Notes: a model not told the origin generated them from the letters alone. Positions 7,123 to 17,578 are shown, numbered from the stretch's first letter. The stretch: DNA of 64,000 nucleotides from a virus (IMGVR_UViG_3300037808_001421:1483-65482); one strand, 5' to 3'. Program-made: numbers and translations.

Positions 7123-9176
7123 TTGGCCTCCGAGTACCTATCGACTGCGCGCACATCCACGGGGACAGGGACCGCGAGCGGCCACTCTCCATCCGCAAAG
7201 GGATGCATCATGTAGTCGGTAACGAGCTCTATGGAGCGGTCAACATTCTCTTCGGGGCACTCGCCCACGAGTTCATCGTGGACCTGCAGAAGCATCTTGT
7301 ACTGCAGCATGTTGAGCTCCGCGCTGTTCTCGACGTTGAGCATAGCTGCTTTCGTCAAGTCTGATGCGCTGCCCTGAATGGGTGCGTTGATGCTTTCACG
7401 TTCTGCGTGGGAGCGGATGCCCCCCTCGTGGTGGTGAATATCGGGAAGCCTACGGCGCCGATTGATGATGGTCGTAACATGCCCGTCGCGCCTGCACCTT
7501 GCGTGCATCTCTCGCATGTAGAGCTTCACACCTGGGTAGATGCTGAGGTACTCGTCGATCTTTTGCTTAGCTTCTTTCTTCGGGATCTCGAGCTGCTTGG
7601 AGATGTTGGAAGGGCCGGCGCCGTACATGATGCCGAAACCTACGGACTTGAGCTGCTGCCTGTAGAGCAGGAGAAGCTGCTGTCTCTCGTCAGGATCGTC
7701 ACACTTCTTAGCGGCGTAGACCTCTTCGTAGTGGATGCCCATCATCAGGGCAACAGTCTGACAGTGGAGGTCTTTGCCATCTAGGATGGCCGCGATCATG
7801 CGCTTGTCTTTTGAGTAGTGCGCTAGGATGCGCATCTCCAACTGTGCGTAGTCCCCGACCAGCAGCTTCCAGCCAGGCCGAGTGATGAATGCGTATCGGA
7901 CACCCCACTCGTCGTTGTCGTTCCTGGGCATGTTCTGCCCGTTGGGTGCCTTGTATGAGAAGCGCCCTGTGCGAGCACCGTACTGTTTGACGCTGGAATG
8001 GATGCGTCCATCCCGGTGATGCCTCGCGTAGATGACCAGGGGCCATACGTAAGTGTTGAGCAGCTTGGCGACACGGCGCCGGCGGCTGATGAACTTACCG
8101 ATCTCGTGGCCTTCAGCTGCAAGAATCTCGAGCACACTTGCGTCAGTGGATGGCTGCGGGCCTTTAGCTCCGCCCTTCGTCCACTTGATGACGGGCAGCC
8201 CTTTACCACCCTCGCTCGGGTCTCCGAAGAGTAGGCGGTTCAGTTGCTGGTTGGAGTTCAGGTTGACAGGCCATCCGGCCTCCCTGTTGATCTCCAGGTC
8301 CATGCGGTCGATCTCTGCCTGCATTTGCGGGATGAGACCTTCGAGGAACTTCAAGTCAACATCAATGCCGCGGCGCTCCATTCGGAACAGTGTGCGTGTG
8401 ATGGGGACTTCGAAGTCGTGGAAGTACTTAAGCATCGAGTACCCGCCACCCATGTCGATGCATGCGAGGAGCTCAGAGATGTGCTCGTGCAGGAGCAGCG
8501 TGGCGTATGGATCGAGGGACGTGTAGTCGCAGACCAGATCGCGAGGCAGGTGCCTCAACGCAGTCTTGTACTCGGTAGCCGCCCTGCCGGTCTCAGGATC
8601 GATGCATCCCTTGAACAGGTCTTTGAACTTGGTCATGTTCAAAGCCTTCCAGGGAGTCACTCCTTCGAACTCACCGTCGTATGAACGGATGATGCCGTCC
8701 TTGGCGCGGTCCTTCAGACCCATACGGTCGTGAAGATTCTCATCCAGTAGGAATGCACCAATCTGGGAATCCACGGAGTTCGCATTGTAGATATCGATGC
8801 CGTGGTTCCAGCTGATGTGCGCGTCGTAGTTCATGTTCCAGCCGCAGAGGTTTGCGTCTGGGTTCTCCATGAGAGCTACGAAGTGGTGGTAGTCTTCACC
8901 ACGTAAGCAAAAGCGGCGATACCTGTCGCCGAACTTAGCGGACAGACCCCAGAAGGTAATCGTATCCTTCATCCAGTCGAGGTCGTCAGTTCCCTTGTTA
9001 TCCTTCTTGGGTAAACGAAGAGCGTTCGTCTCTGTGTCAAAGCCGATCCAGTCGCCGTTCCGGCCACCTTCTAATTCAACTTTGCGCAAGAAGAGACGTC
9101 TGACCTCGAGGGCCTCTCTTTCCGACCCGATGAACTCGGGGTCGGGTACATCAAGGTTGAAGCGTGCGTACGCCAT
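7119..9176 (-). CDS. polA: Family A DNA polymerase with 3'-5' exonuclease domain
   Basis: FDTET (ExoI), RTGRFS, DYAQLEMRILAH (motif A), KSVGFGIMYG (motif B), QVHDELV (motif C). Confidence 0.95.
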   Translation of the reverse strand: MAYARFNLDVPDPEFIGSEREALEVRRLFLRKVELEGGRNGDWIGFDTETNALRLPKKDNKGTDDLDWMKDTITFWGLSAKFGDRYRRFCLRGEDYHHFVALMENPDANLCGWNMNYDAHISWNHGIDIYNANSVDSQIGAFLLDENLHDRMGLKDRAKDGIIRSYDGEFEGVTPWKALNMTKFKDLFKGCIDPETGRAATEYKTALRHLPRDLVCDYTSLDPYATLLLHEHISELLACIDMGGGYSMLKYFHDFEVPITRTLFRMERRGIDVDLKFLEGLIPQMQAEIDRMDLEINREAGWPVNLNSNQQLNRLLFGDPSEGGKGLPVIKWTKGGAKGPQPSTDASVLEILAAEGHEIGKFISRRRRVAKLLNTYVWPLVIYARHHRDGRIHSSVKQYGARTGRFSYKAPNGQNMPRNDNDEWGVRYAFITRPGWKLLVGDYAQLEMRILAHYSKDKRMIAAILDGKDLHCQTVALMMGIHYEEVYAAKKCDDPDERQQLLLLYRQQLKSVGFGIMYGAGPSNISKQLEIPKKEAKQKIDEYLSIYPGVKLYMREMHARCRRDGHVTTIINRRRRLPDIHHHEGGIRSHAERESINAPIQGSASDLTKAAMLNVENSAELNMLQYKMLLQVHDELVGECPEENVDRSIELVTDYMMHPFADGEWPLAVPVPVDVRAVDRYSEAK

Positions 9177-9185
9177 GGAAATCTG

Positions 9186-9210
9186 AAAGGGAGGCCCCGA
9201 AGAGCCTCCC
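9186..9210 (-). terminator. UUCG-loop hairpin/terminator between the SSB-like gene and DNA polymerase
   Basis: Minus strand GGGAGGCTC-TTCG-GGGCCTCCC-TTTC. Confidence 0.65.
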
Positions 9211-9224
9211 TCCCAAACTCACCT

Positions 9225-10466
9225 CTAGCTCGCTTCGGACCGTTTCTGGTAGCGCTGGTGCGGCGTGCGGGAACTCCCGCCACCGCCACCTGGGGCGAAC
9301 AAGTTGTCCTTGTTCAACCGCTGTTCCTGAATCGTCGGAGGATCAGGCGCGTAGATCGCATCGAGGTCGAGGCACTCCTTGTGGCGGTCAGCAATCTTCT
9401 GCGCTGCCTCCAGAGCCTTGCCCTCGTCGTTGATGGTGGTATCGATCTGGTACTGCGGGTCGAACAGCCGGGGGTCGGGATCGCCAACCTCAAACTTGTC
9501 GCAGACCGTTTTGGTCTTGTCGCTGACCGTCTCTCGGCGCACCCAGATGGCCGCGTCGTAGAGCCCGTACGGATTGCCTTCGCATTCGTCCGTAGAGCAG
9601 ACAAGCTGCCCAATCGGGTTGCCGACGTAGTTGCACTCGGGGCACTGCGCCTTCTCGTCGTTCACCAGCGCGCTGAGCTCGGAGTCCTCGTTCTCGAGAA
9701 GCGACCAGGTGCTCTCGCACGTAGCGCAGGTGACCGTGTGGTCTGACGTCTCGATGCTGCAGTTCGACTCGTCGCCGGCCTCCGTGCATTTGCCGCACGT
9801 GACCAGGTCGACATGCGTGATGCCGCACTCTTCATTCCCGCAGACGTACTGAGGAACGTACATGAACTCGCCGCAGTCCTGACACAGGCGCTCGATGCGC
9901 TCCATGATGGGATCCATGGCGCCGTTCCAAGCCGCGGCACTGAGCGCGACGTGGAATCGATTGCCGTAGACCTTCGGCCAGTCCTCCTTGCAGTACTTAC
10001 ACGACTTGTTGCCGCAGATCTCACGGGACTTGTACGTACCGCTCTTGTCGTCCTTCTGGAACTCGACGACGTGGTGCCACGCCTCGATCCACCCACTGAA
10101 GGCGTACGCGGTCTGCGCGTAGCACTTCTTGAGCAGGTCATCCGGCTGGACATCGTCGAAGCCGAACCGACGCGGCTTGCCGTACGCGCAAACGAGACAC
10201 TGCTCGCCGGCGCACGTGAGGTAGAAGCCCTTCGACTTCTTGGTGGGGATGGGGATGTAGTGCCGCTTGAAGCGTTTCCAGGGCAGCTTGATGTTCAGAT
10301 CGGGGTCTGCGTAACCGTCCCCGTCGGGCATCTGTGCTCGGATGCGGAGAGAGTGCGTGGGGATGTTGAGCCGCAGGCCGTTTGCCCAGGCCCCGCCTTT
10401 CTTACCACTTCGTTCTGATCGGTCTGCGTTTCGTGAAGCCTTGCGGCTGTGTCGTAGTCCTGACAT
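9225..10466 (-). CDS. Putative gp32-like single-stranded DNA-binding protein with multiple Zn-ribbon insertions
   Basis: Between primase and polymerase; RHYIP...C...CLVC pattern; many CxxC pairs; start refined to ATG 10466. Confidence 0.5.
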   Translation of the reverse strand: MSGLRHSRKASRNADRSERSGKKGGAWANGLRLNIPTHSLRIRAQMPDGDGYADPDLNIKLPWKRFKRHYIPIPTKKSKGFYLTCAGEQCLVCAYGKPRRFGFDDVQPDDLLKKCYAQTAYAFSGWIEAWHHVVEFQKDDKSGTYKSREICGNKSCKYCKEDWPKVYGNRFHVALSAAAWNGAMDPIMERIERLCQDCGEFMYVPQYVCGNEECGITHVDLVTCGKCTEAGDESNCSIETSDHTVTCATCESTWSLLENEDSELSALVNDEKAQCPECNYVGNPIGQLVCSTDECEGNPYGLYDAAIWVRRETVSDKTKTVCDKFEVGDPDPRLFDPQYQIDTTINDEGKALEAAQKIADRHKECLDLDAIYAPDPPTIQEQRLNKDNLFAPGGGGGSSRTPHQRYQKRSEAS

Positions 10467-11484
10467 GTAATCGCTTTGCCTTTCCCGTCGCTCGGGTTGC
10501 GTTATCGAGGAGCCATTGAGCCCCTGGTAGATCAAAGTCGTCGGGTTGAGCCTCTAAAGGACAATCCGACGGGTAATGACAGGCATACACTGGAAACGAA
10601 GCGTTGCCAAGCCTGTCTGATATGTTCGCTGTGCCTTTTTGACCCGCCTCGTTGGCGTCCAAAAGTATCCATGTTTTCGTGCCCATCTTGCGGATGAGGC
10701 GCTCTTGAGTCGCGGACATGTGCGCGCCCATCAGGGCGACTACGTTGTGAAAACCTAACTGCACCAACCAGAGGCACGCCTTGTACCCTTCAACGATGAT
10801 CAAGCCGTCCTTGTTGCGACCGTGGTAGATATCGTCGAAGACGAGGTGTGCTCGCCAGAGGTGATCGCGGATGTCACTGCTCGAGTAGTCCGGAAACCAC
10901 TCGCCAAGTTCGCCGAGGTCTTCACGACCTTCGACTATTCTCTTCCCGGTGTAGACCTTGTACTTAGGATGCTTGCCTTTCTCAGTGGCCCTGCCGCTGA
11001 TGCCTATAAGCTGGCCTACGAAGTCTCTAATGGGGAAGGTGATGCGGTCGTTGCCGCGGTCGTACCCAATCTGGTGCGCATTCAGAATAGCTTCCTCGAA
11101 CCCATTATCGATGAGGTCCATAGGCAGGAAGTCGTACACGCCTAGTAGGGCTTCAGGGAGAGTGTGAACACCTTTGAGCTCACGCTGCGCCTTTACTTGC
11201 TGACGCTTCTTTTCAAACGATGCGTTCTTACGCCGGTTCTCTCTGGCGTTCTTCAGCTTCTGCTGTATGACACGTGTTGTACCGGCGCCGATTGCCTTGA
11301 GTAAGTACCCGAGGTCACTCCCGCTCTCCTGGCAGCTGAAACAGCCCCAGCGCCCAGATTCTCGGTGAACCCAGAATGAGGGGGTGTTGTCTGAATGGAA
11401 GGGGCAGCTAGCCTGCAGGTAATCACCTCGGGACTTCACCTTCTCCAGGTGATCCTCTGCGATTTCGTCTGCTAGGTAGGTCAC
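10402..11484 (-). CDS. dnaG: DNA primase (CHC2 zinc finger + TOPRIM)
   Basis: CPFHSDNTPSF...CFSC; FPIRD; IIVEGYKAC; LDANEAG. Confidence 0.92.
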   Translation of the reverse strand: MTYLADEIAEDHLEKVKSRGDYLQASCPFHSDNTPSFWVHRESGRWGCFSCQESGSDLGYLLKAIGAGTTRVIQQKLKNARENRRKNASFEKKRQQVKAQRELKGVHTLPEALLGVYDFLPMDLIDNGFEEAILNAHQIGYDRGNDRITFPIRDFVGQLIGISGRATEKGKHPKYKVYTGKRIVEGREDLGELGEWFPDYSSSDIRDHLWRAHLVFDDIYHGRNKDGLIIVEGYKACLWLVQLGFHNVVALMGAHMSATQERLIRKMGTKTWILLDANEAGQKGTANISDRLGNASFPVYACHYPSDCPLEAQPDDFDLPGAQWLLDNATRATGKAKRLHVRTTTQPQGFTKRRPIRTKW

Positions 11485-13130
11485 TGTGACCTAAAGCGCT
11501 TCATGTTCTTGAACGTGTCTGCATTCACTTCGGGACGTTCTTCCCCTCGGCCTTCACCAGCCTCTTCCCTGGCAGCTTCTGCAGCAGCTTCCTTCAGCCA
11601 CTTGCGAGCTTCTTTCGAGGTGAACTCTTCTTTGATGACCTTGAATTCGTACCCAGGAACTGCTCTAAGCAGAAAGCCATCCAAGGTACCATCGCGGTTG
11701 CCGCTCAGCATGACGGCGATTTCACCGTACTTTCTTTTGATAGGCATCTTTACCCCAGCTTCTTCTTCTGGGATGTCGTTGCTTATCTGCCTGGCGGTCT
11801 TCATACCCTTGTCCTTCTTGGACTGGTTGCCGAACTTGGTAGGTAGGTACAGGCCAGGTGCTCGCTCGGCTCTTCTAATTTGCCTGCCTTTGACGGCTGC
11901 TTCTTTCCGTTCAATCTCGGCTTTCCAGTAGCCCTCGTACTCTTCCTCGTATAGCTCCTGGCGCCCTTTCTTGAGAACGACGCGCAGGATGAGGTCAACC
12001 TCCATTCCGAAAGCGTCCGAGCCGTACACGTCCGTCAGGTCTTCACCAGCTTTGCCCTGCCCAGACCTGTTGGCCTGGAGGGTGGCGACGATGGGCACGT
12101 CCAAATCGACTGCCATCTCTTTGCCCTGCTGCGCGAGGTGCATGAGCTTCTCTGTTGTGGTTGCTCGATTGCTGACTCCCTCGGGGATGAGCTTATACAT
12201 ACTGTCGAGGTACACAACGGTCGGCTCCCACATGGAGATGAACGCTCTGAGCTCGCCGAGCGTCTTAGGCCGGTCAGGTCCGCACAAGCAGATGAGGTCT
12301 TCTCGGTCGAGAAGGATCTTGCCGTCGAGTATCTCGTCAGGCGACTGGGAGAGGTTCGCCGCGACAGCGTCTAGTACCCGCTGGGTGCGTTCCCACAAAG
12401 GCTTGGGAAGAATACCGTTCTTGAGTACCTGGTAGTCCACCTTCGCGAAGATGGATGCAAAGCGCAGGATGCTCTTCTCCCTGCCCATATCCCCGGTCCA
12501 GATGAGCACTCTTTGCTTGTTGACGAAGTAGTCTTCGGCAGCAGCCAGGTACATCAACCAGGTCTTCATCATCTTCATCCTGGAGTACAGGACGATGAAG
12601 TCGCCTTTGTGCTTGCCGAGGGTGTCCCTGTTCAGAGGATCCCAAGGCCACTTGATACCCCAGTTCTTACCAGTCTGTGCGAGGGCGTACTGCTGTCGCA
12701 CGTAGGTAGCCATATCGCTGGCGCCGAAGCCTGAGTTCCCCTTGTGGCTAAGGCGTATGCGCGGGAGCGCCATCTGCATGAGATTCAGCGCACCCTCGGG
12801 GTCGTCACCAGACTCAACGAGCTCTGTGAAGCTCTTGGCTAGGCTGGTCAGGTCCGATTGGATAGAGCCTAGCTTCAGCTCGTGTACGAGAGACGAGAGT
12901 CCTGTCCCGTCAGAGTCCATGAGTATGAAACCAGGGAACCTCTTCTTTATCTCCCGTAAGCTGGGAAGTTCTCCCGTCGTCTGGGGGTGCTTGTAGTGAG
13001 CACTCAAGTACTTGAACAGCGCCTGCGGTTCAGAGTCTTTGAAGTGCTCTGACTTCAGCCCCTTACTGGCTGCGACGTTCATCCCTTTCTTACGGATGAT
13101 CTCAGTAAGGACTCTGTCTTCAATGCTCAC
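11481..13130 (-). CDS. dnaB: DnaB-like replicative helicase with atypical Walker A
   Basis: GIKWPWDPLN, YSRMKMMKT, VYLDSMY, LQANR, YGSDAF; adjacent to primase. Confidence 0.8.
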   Translation of the reverse strand: MSIEDRVLTEIIRKKGMNVAASKGLKSEHFKDSEPQALFKYLSAHYKHPQTTGELPSLREIKKRFPGFILMDSDGTGLSSLVHELKLGSIQSDLTSLAKSFTELVESGDDPEGALNLMQMALPRIRLSHKGNSGFGASDMATYVRQQYALAQTGKNWGIKWPWDPLNRDTLGKHKGDFIVLYSRMKMMKTWLMYLAAAEDYFVNKQRVLIWTGDMGREKSILRFASIFAKVDYQVLKNGILPKPLWERTQRVLDAVAANLSQSPDEILDGKILLDREDLICLCGPDRPKTLGELRAFISMWEPTVVYLDSMYKLIPEGVSNRATTTEKLMHLAQQGKEMAVDLDVPIVATLQANRSGQGKAGEDLTDVYGSDAFGMEVDLILRVVLKKGRQELYEEEYEGYWKAEIERKEAAVKGRQIRRAERAPGLYLPTKFGNQSKKDKGMKTARQISNDIPEEEAGVKMPIKRKYGEIAVMLSGNRDGTLDGFLLRAVPGYEFKVIKEEFTSKEARKWLKEAAAEAAREEAGEGRGEERPEVNADTFKNMKRFRSQ

Positions 13131-13133
13131 GAG

Positions 13134-13484
13134 TTAGATTCCTCCGAGACCAAGGCCCCTTTTCGATTCCGCAGCGACTGCGTCGTCCGGAGGGCCTTCT
13201 GACTCAGCCACGTCCGCGCCCGCGGCACCGGAATCGAAGAAGTAGTTCGCGTAGTCTCTCTCGAGTCCAGCGATGAATGCAGCCAGCTTCTGCTGGGTGT
13301 CCGTGGAGAGAATTGTGTTCGTGACTTCCACATGACCCAGCATGCTACCTGACTCAGTGTCGAGGTAGATTACCTTTGCGTTGACCGCAGGAGAGCCTGC
13401 GGGATCAGAGACACTGACGAGAGCTTCACCACAGAAGATAGCGTTGGCCGCAACACCCGTTGAGCCTTTTGCGCGTTTGTGCAT
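13134..13484 (-). CDS. Hypothetical protein
   Basis: ORF track; operon packing. Confidence 0.6.
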   Translation of the reverse strand: MHKRAKGSTGVAANAIFCGEALVSVSDPAGSPAVNAKVIYLDTESGSMLGHVEVTNTILSTDTQQKLAAFIAGLERDYANYFFDSGAAGADVAESEGPPDDAVAAESKRGLGLGGI

Positions 13485-13487
13485 CGG

Positions 13488-13994
13488 CTACTTTCTCTGG
13501 TAAGAAGGACGCTTCTTGGCTTTCGGCTGCAGGGCCTTGGTCGGGACTTTGGACTTTGCTCCACCTACCTTCAAGCCGGGTCGCTGCTTCTTACCAGTAG
13601 CTGCCGCTGCTTGTTCGGCGGTCGGGGCGTCGGTCTTGCCCAGTGCTTGAGCTAGAAGCCCGCTCATTTCATTGAATCCCTTCAAGCAGAATTTCTTTGC
13701 GAGCTTCTGCGCCAAGGCATGCGCTGCGTGTATCTCTTCTTCGGTTTGTCCGCAGGTGAGCTTGACGTTGACGAAGCAGCCGGCGGCATTGCCGAAGTCG
13801 CTTACCTTCATCTCATCACCCACAGACATGGAGGCGTTGCCGTCTCCGATGATTGCTGCCAGTTCGTCCATGTATTCCTCAGGTATTGTGAAAGTTTCGT
13901 AGTAGTCTTCAAGTGCGTAGTCGCCTTGGTAAGCGCTCGCTATAACGAGCACCCTATCTAAGAGCGAGACGTCTACAACTTCAAGGTGTTCCAT
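13488..13994 (-). CDS. Hypothetical protein
   Basis: ORF track; operon packing; basic tail. Confidence 0.65.
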   Translation of the reverse strand: MEHLEVVDVSLLDRVLVIASAYQGDYALEDYYETFTIPEEYMDELAAIIGDGNASMSVGDEMKVSDFGNAAGCFVNVKLTCGQTEEEIHAAHALAQKLAKKFCLKGFNEMSGLLAQALGKTDAPTAEQAAAATGKKQRPGLKVGGAKSKVPTKALQPKAKKRPSYQRK

Positions 13995-13998
13995 CTAC

Positions 13999-14649
13999 TC
14001 AGATGGAGGGAACCGAAACAGACGTGGTTTGCTCCCTGCGCTCAACGAATGCTTCCTGTAGGAAGACGCCTAGCTCAGGGTTCTGTGTGATGATGATGCG
14101 CGCGACGTCCGCATCCAGCTTGATGCCTTTGAACCCGCCGCGAGTGAACATTGTGACTAGCCAGTTGACCATGGCTTCTGTCTGCTCAGGGTCTGTCGAG
14201 TTGCGAATGCCGTCAGCGAAAAGCGAGTGGACATCCTTGTCGTCGTAGTGCGCCTGGCGAAAGCTGCGCTTGGCCGTGAATGAGCCTACGGACTGCTTGT
14301 GCACTGCGACCAGGGGCTTGGCGCTGATGATGAGCTCTTCCGCGGCTGTGCGGATGACGTCGATAGCTTCCAGAGCTTCACAGGCTTCGGGGAAGTTCTC
14401 TTCGAAGGCAGCGTTGGCTGCGTGCACTGCTTTGATGGCTTCTTCAGCCTCTTCGACTGCGGCTTCCGCGGCTTCCTTTGCGGCCAGTGCTGCGGCTGCT
14501 TTCGCCGCGTCCTTCTCGGCCTGGGCCTTGCCCACTTTGCTGGGCGTCTTATCGGACGATTTTGAGCCGACCTTTCCGGGTTTCTTTTTGACGTTTAGCT
14601 TGAGTACCACGGGATGCTCCTTTTGCACGAACCTGGTCGTACACTTCAC
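13999..14649 (-). CDS. Hypothetical protein, coiled coil (start uncertain)
   Basis: ORF track; Ala/Glu-rich helix. Confidence 0.6.
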   Translation of the reverse strand: MKCTTRFVQKEHPVVLKLNVKKKPGKVGSKSSDKTPSKVGKAQAEKDAAKAAAALAAKEAAEAAVEEAEEAIKAVHAANAAFEENFPEACEALEAIDVIRTAAEELIISAKPLVAVHKQSVGSFTAKRSFRQAHYDDKDVHSLFADGIRNSTDPEQTEAMVNWLVTMFTRGGFKGIKLDADVARIIITQNPELGVFLQEAFVERREQTTSVSVPSI

Positions 14650-15298
14650 GTAGTTGGGTTGCGATGTCTGTAATGAGTTCGAGGTCGTCCAGCGTCTTCT
14701 CCGCAGGCCCTTGCGGGCGCCACTTGTTTGTGGCCGGATCGACAGTGTCTTTCTTCAAGATGTGTGCTGGACACAAGATGGGTATGGCCGAGTACGGAAC
14801 AGCTTTCTCATACTGACCGGGGATAATAATCTCCCCGCGCTGACCATGCTTGACCGTAATGCCTGACCACTCTTTGCCCATCAAGGCTTCCATGGCCACG
14901 GCACCTACGGGAACTATGATGAGGGGGTCTACTAAGTAGATCTGGCGGTACACGCGCTCGGCACACGCCTTGCGCTCGGCGCCGGCGGTCTTCCTGTCCA
15001 AAGGTGGGTGGCACATGACGATGTTCGTGGTGAACACGTCTGCCCTGGTGAGGTTGACGGCACTCAAGAGGGCATCGAAGATCTCGCCGCTGGCACCTAC
15101 GAACGGCTCACCCTCTTTGTCTTCATCATCGCCAGGGGCGCCACCTATGAACATCAGGTCCGCGTTAGCGTTCCCGTTCCCGAACACGATTTGTCGTCGG
15201 GTTTCGTGGAGGCCGCAAGCGCCGCAGTCGCGCCACTTCTCGTACAGTTCGTACATCTGCGACGAGCGCCACTCGCGGGACCAAGGCTCTAGGTTCAA
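14549..15298 (-). CDS. Family 4 uracil-DNA glycosylase-like protein with altered motifs
   Basis: [42 protein letters not shown]. Confidence 0.85.
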   Translation of the reverse strand: MNLEPWSREWRSSQMYELYEKWRDCGACGLHETRRQIVFGNGNANADLMFIGGAPGDDEDKEGEPFVGASGEIFDALLSAVNLTRADVFTTNIVMCHPPLDRKTAGAERKACAERVYRQIYLVDPLIIVPVGAVAMEALMGKEWSGITVKHGQRGEIIIPGQYEKAVPYSAIPILCPAHILKKDTVDPATNKWRPQGPAEKTLDDLELITDIATQLREVYDQVRAKGASRGTQAKRQKETRKGRLKIVR

Positions 15299-15720
15299 CT
15301 GCCAGGCCCCGGCTTTCTTGCAAACGGGCTGGTACCAGGCACCATTTCAATGCCAGTAGCCGCCAACTCGATGGACGCTTCGACGGCCTTCACCATCGCC
15401 GTCATGAGGTCTTCGAGGCCATTGTCTTTCACGTCGAACACTGTAGTAGCAGAGGTCGTGATCTGCTTCAGCGGACCCTTCAAACCAAACAGCGGAATCA
15501 ACGTGACCGTGGTGTTGACGCCCAGGAAGTCTCCGTTGCGCTCCCTAATCGGTTGCTGGAGTTCGAGCATCTGCCACACCTCGGTCAGGTACAGGGACCT
15601 GGAGGTGTCTTCTTTCCAGGCTTCGTAGTCGGCGTACGCTCCCGCTTCTTTGTCATCACCGTCACCCTCGAGGATGCCGTAGTAGTACTTTCCGCCGGGG
15701 GTAAGAACAACCAGTTTCAT
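15295..15720 (-). CDS. Hypothetical protein
   Basis: ORF track; start refined to ATG 15720. Confidence 0.6.
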   Translation of the reverse strand: MKLVVLTPGGKYYYGILEGDGDDKEAGAYADYEAWKEDTSRSLYLTEVWQMLELQQPIRERNGDFLGVNTTVTLIPLFGLKGPLKQITTSATTVFDVKDNGLEDLMTAMVKAVEASIELAATGIEMVPGTSPFARKPGPGS

Positions 15721-17213
15721 ACACAGTCCACCTTGCTGAGTTTGTAAGGCCAGTCGAACGCACGCAGAAACCTGCGCAACGACCGACCACACTTGACGCA
15801 CGCGTTGATCTCGGTGTCCTCGAACACCCGAACCAGCGGAGCCAGCTTGCCTTCGAAGACTCGTTGGATGCGACCCCAGCCCTGCTGTAGGTCATTGGAG
15901 TTTGAGAACATCGTACAGACGTAGAGAGTATCGAGCGGAGGCTTGTCTAGCCCTTCTCTCGATAGCTGAAAGGTTCCGAAGACTGGGTTGAAGGTGTCCA
16001 GGATGCCCATGCGAACTGACTGGTCCGTAGCGCCTACGATGAGGCCCGCCTTGGTACCCGTCCGTTCTTCCCACATCTCTGCGAGCATCTTCAGCTGGTC
16101 AACGCTATGGCTAAGAACTAAGACGTTCCTCCCAGCGTTGAGGTCGTCCGCCAGCGTGTCCAGGATGTAGTTGTTCCTCCAAACCAGGCACCCTACGTGA
16201 GAGCGAATCCTGGAGAGGTTCATATCTCCGTTCGTATCCCTGATTCCTAGCTCGTCTTCCGGAGTCAGTTCCCATTGCAGCTGGTGGAACAGTGTCTCGG
16301 GGATGAGCTCTTGCTGGATGTCCGAGTAGAAGACCGGCCCGAGGTGGGACTGGTAGATGTTCTCCATCCTGTCTGTTCGGGTAGGTGTTGCTGTCAGTGC
16401 TAGGCGCTGGCCCCAGAACAGGTCTGCTGAACCTACGAAGAAGGGCGCGCTCATGTGGTGGCCCTCATCGAAGATGACCAGTCCAAAGTGCTTACGGAAC
16501 TTGGCGGACCATTCCGCTCTTCTCCCGGCCAGCGTATGAACTACGGCGAGGACGAGAGGCTTTCCCTCCCAGTCTGCTACCTGACCTTGGATGGTTCCGA
16601 TGTCGTCCGGCGCCAGGTGTAGATGCTCTACCGCTCGAGCTACCCATTGCTCAAAGAGCGTGACGTTGTTGACTACGACGATGGTTGGGACCTGTAGATA
16701 CGCAGCGTACTTGAGGCCCAGGACCGTCTTGCCTTTGCCGCACCCCAAGTTGAGGGTGCCCTTGCCGGCAGCCAGTAACGCTTCCCAAGCGGTCTGCTGG
16801 TTCGCATCACGAAGGTCTACATGGTCGGCGAACTCCACCTGGGGGAAGGGTGGGCGGATTACCTGAGTGCGCGCGCCTAGCGTTTCAATGTCGTCGTGGC
16901 TAATGAAGTCGCGCGGGACAATGATGTGGTCCGCGGTCTCATCCCACAGCCGAAGCTCTTTGCCCTTCAGACCGATGAGCATCTGGGTTTCCTCGTCGAT
17001 GTCTTCGACGGCGCCCTGTTGTGCAAAGGTCAATGTCGCGCGGATCATGTCCACGTTCACGATGCCTTTGGGGATGATCAGGTTGTTGGTGCTGTACGCA
17101 AGCTGGGGGTCAAGTCGGTGGAACCTGATGCTCACTTGAAGAGTTCCCGGAGCCCATCGCGGATGCGACGGGAGAGGACCTTCCGTTCTTTGGGGGGTAA
17201 GGTCAATTCGCAA
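15717..17213 (-). CDS. Superfamily 2 helicase (UvsW/ResIII-like)
   Basis: GCGKGKT, DEGHH, LTATPTRTD, EGLDKP, QGWGRIQR. Confidence 0.9.
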   Translation of the reverse strand: MRIDLTPQRTEGPLPSHPRWAPGTLQVSIRFHRLDPQLAYSTNNLIIPKGIVNVDMIRATLTFAQQGAVEDIDEETQMLIGLKGKELRLWDETADHIIVPRDFISHDDIETLGARTQVIRPPFPQVEFADHVDLRDANQQTAWEALLAAGKGTLNLGCGKGKTVLGLKYAAYLQVPTIVVVNNVTLFEQWVARAVEHLHLAPDDIGTIQGQVADWEGKPLVLAVVHTLAGRRAEWSAKFRKHFGLVIFDEGHHMSAPFFVGSADLFWGQRLALTATPTRTDRMENIYQSHLGPVFYSDIQQELIPETLFHQLQWELTPEDELGIRDTNGDMNLSRIRSHVGCLVWRNNYILDTLADDLNAGRNVLVLSHSVDQLKMLAEMWEERTGTKAGLIVGATDQSVRMGILDTFNPVFGTFQLSREGLDKPPLDTLYVCTMFSNSNDLQQGWGRIQRVFEGKLAPLVRVFEDTEINACVKCGRSLRRFLRAFDWPYKLSKVDCV

Positions 17214-17545
17214 TCCTCCAAAAATTGGGCAACCACCTCGACGACCACACTGGTCGTTCCTGAGATGAAGCCGTTGGTCACTGCGGTGGGTATGTGAACG
17301 CCCAGGCGCTCGGCATGGGCGAGCTCGCGTAGAGTGCGTAGCTCGTCCTGCTCGTGTTCCTGGATGTCGTAAAGTTCGATTAGTTGCTGGAGCTTAGGTC
17401 GTGTAGGCGTTTGTTCGTCCAGCTCGTAAGCTTCGATGACACCGTTGGCCATGCTGAGCGTTTGCTCAACAGGCCAGCGTTTCTTTCTGCAGGCCGCCCG
17501 AGCGGTCGCGAGCCTGGTTCCTAGCTCGCGACCGTGGGCGCCCAT
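17132..17545 (-). CDS. XRE-family HTH regulator
   Basis: LGTRLATARA...IEAYELDEQTP...LQQLIELY. Confidence 0.7.
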   Translation of the reverse strand: MGAHGRELGTRLATARAACRKKRWPVEQTLSMANGVIEAYELDEQTPTRPKLQQLIELYDIQEHEQDELRTLRELAHAERLGVHIPTAVTNGFISGTTSVVVEVVAQFLEDCELTLPPKERKVLSRRIRDGLRELFK

Positions 17546-17578
17546 AGTAGTGTGGGGGTGGCGTGCATGACGTATGTA

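Noticed and set aside
5411-14649. K-x-A matches in replication proteins (RecA N-terminus, helicase tail, 13999) as cleavage sites
   Set aside because: They lie in Lys/Ala-rich low-complexity segments and are consistent with chance; they show why a shuffled control is needed for the main finding.
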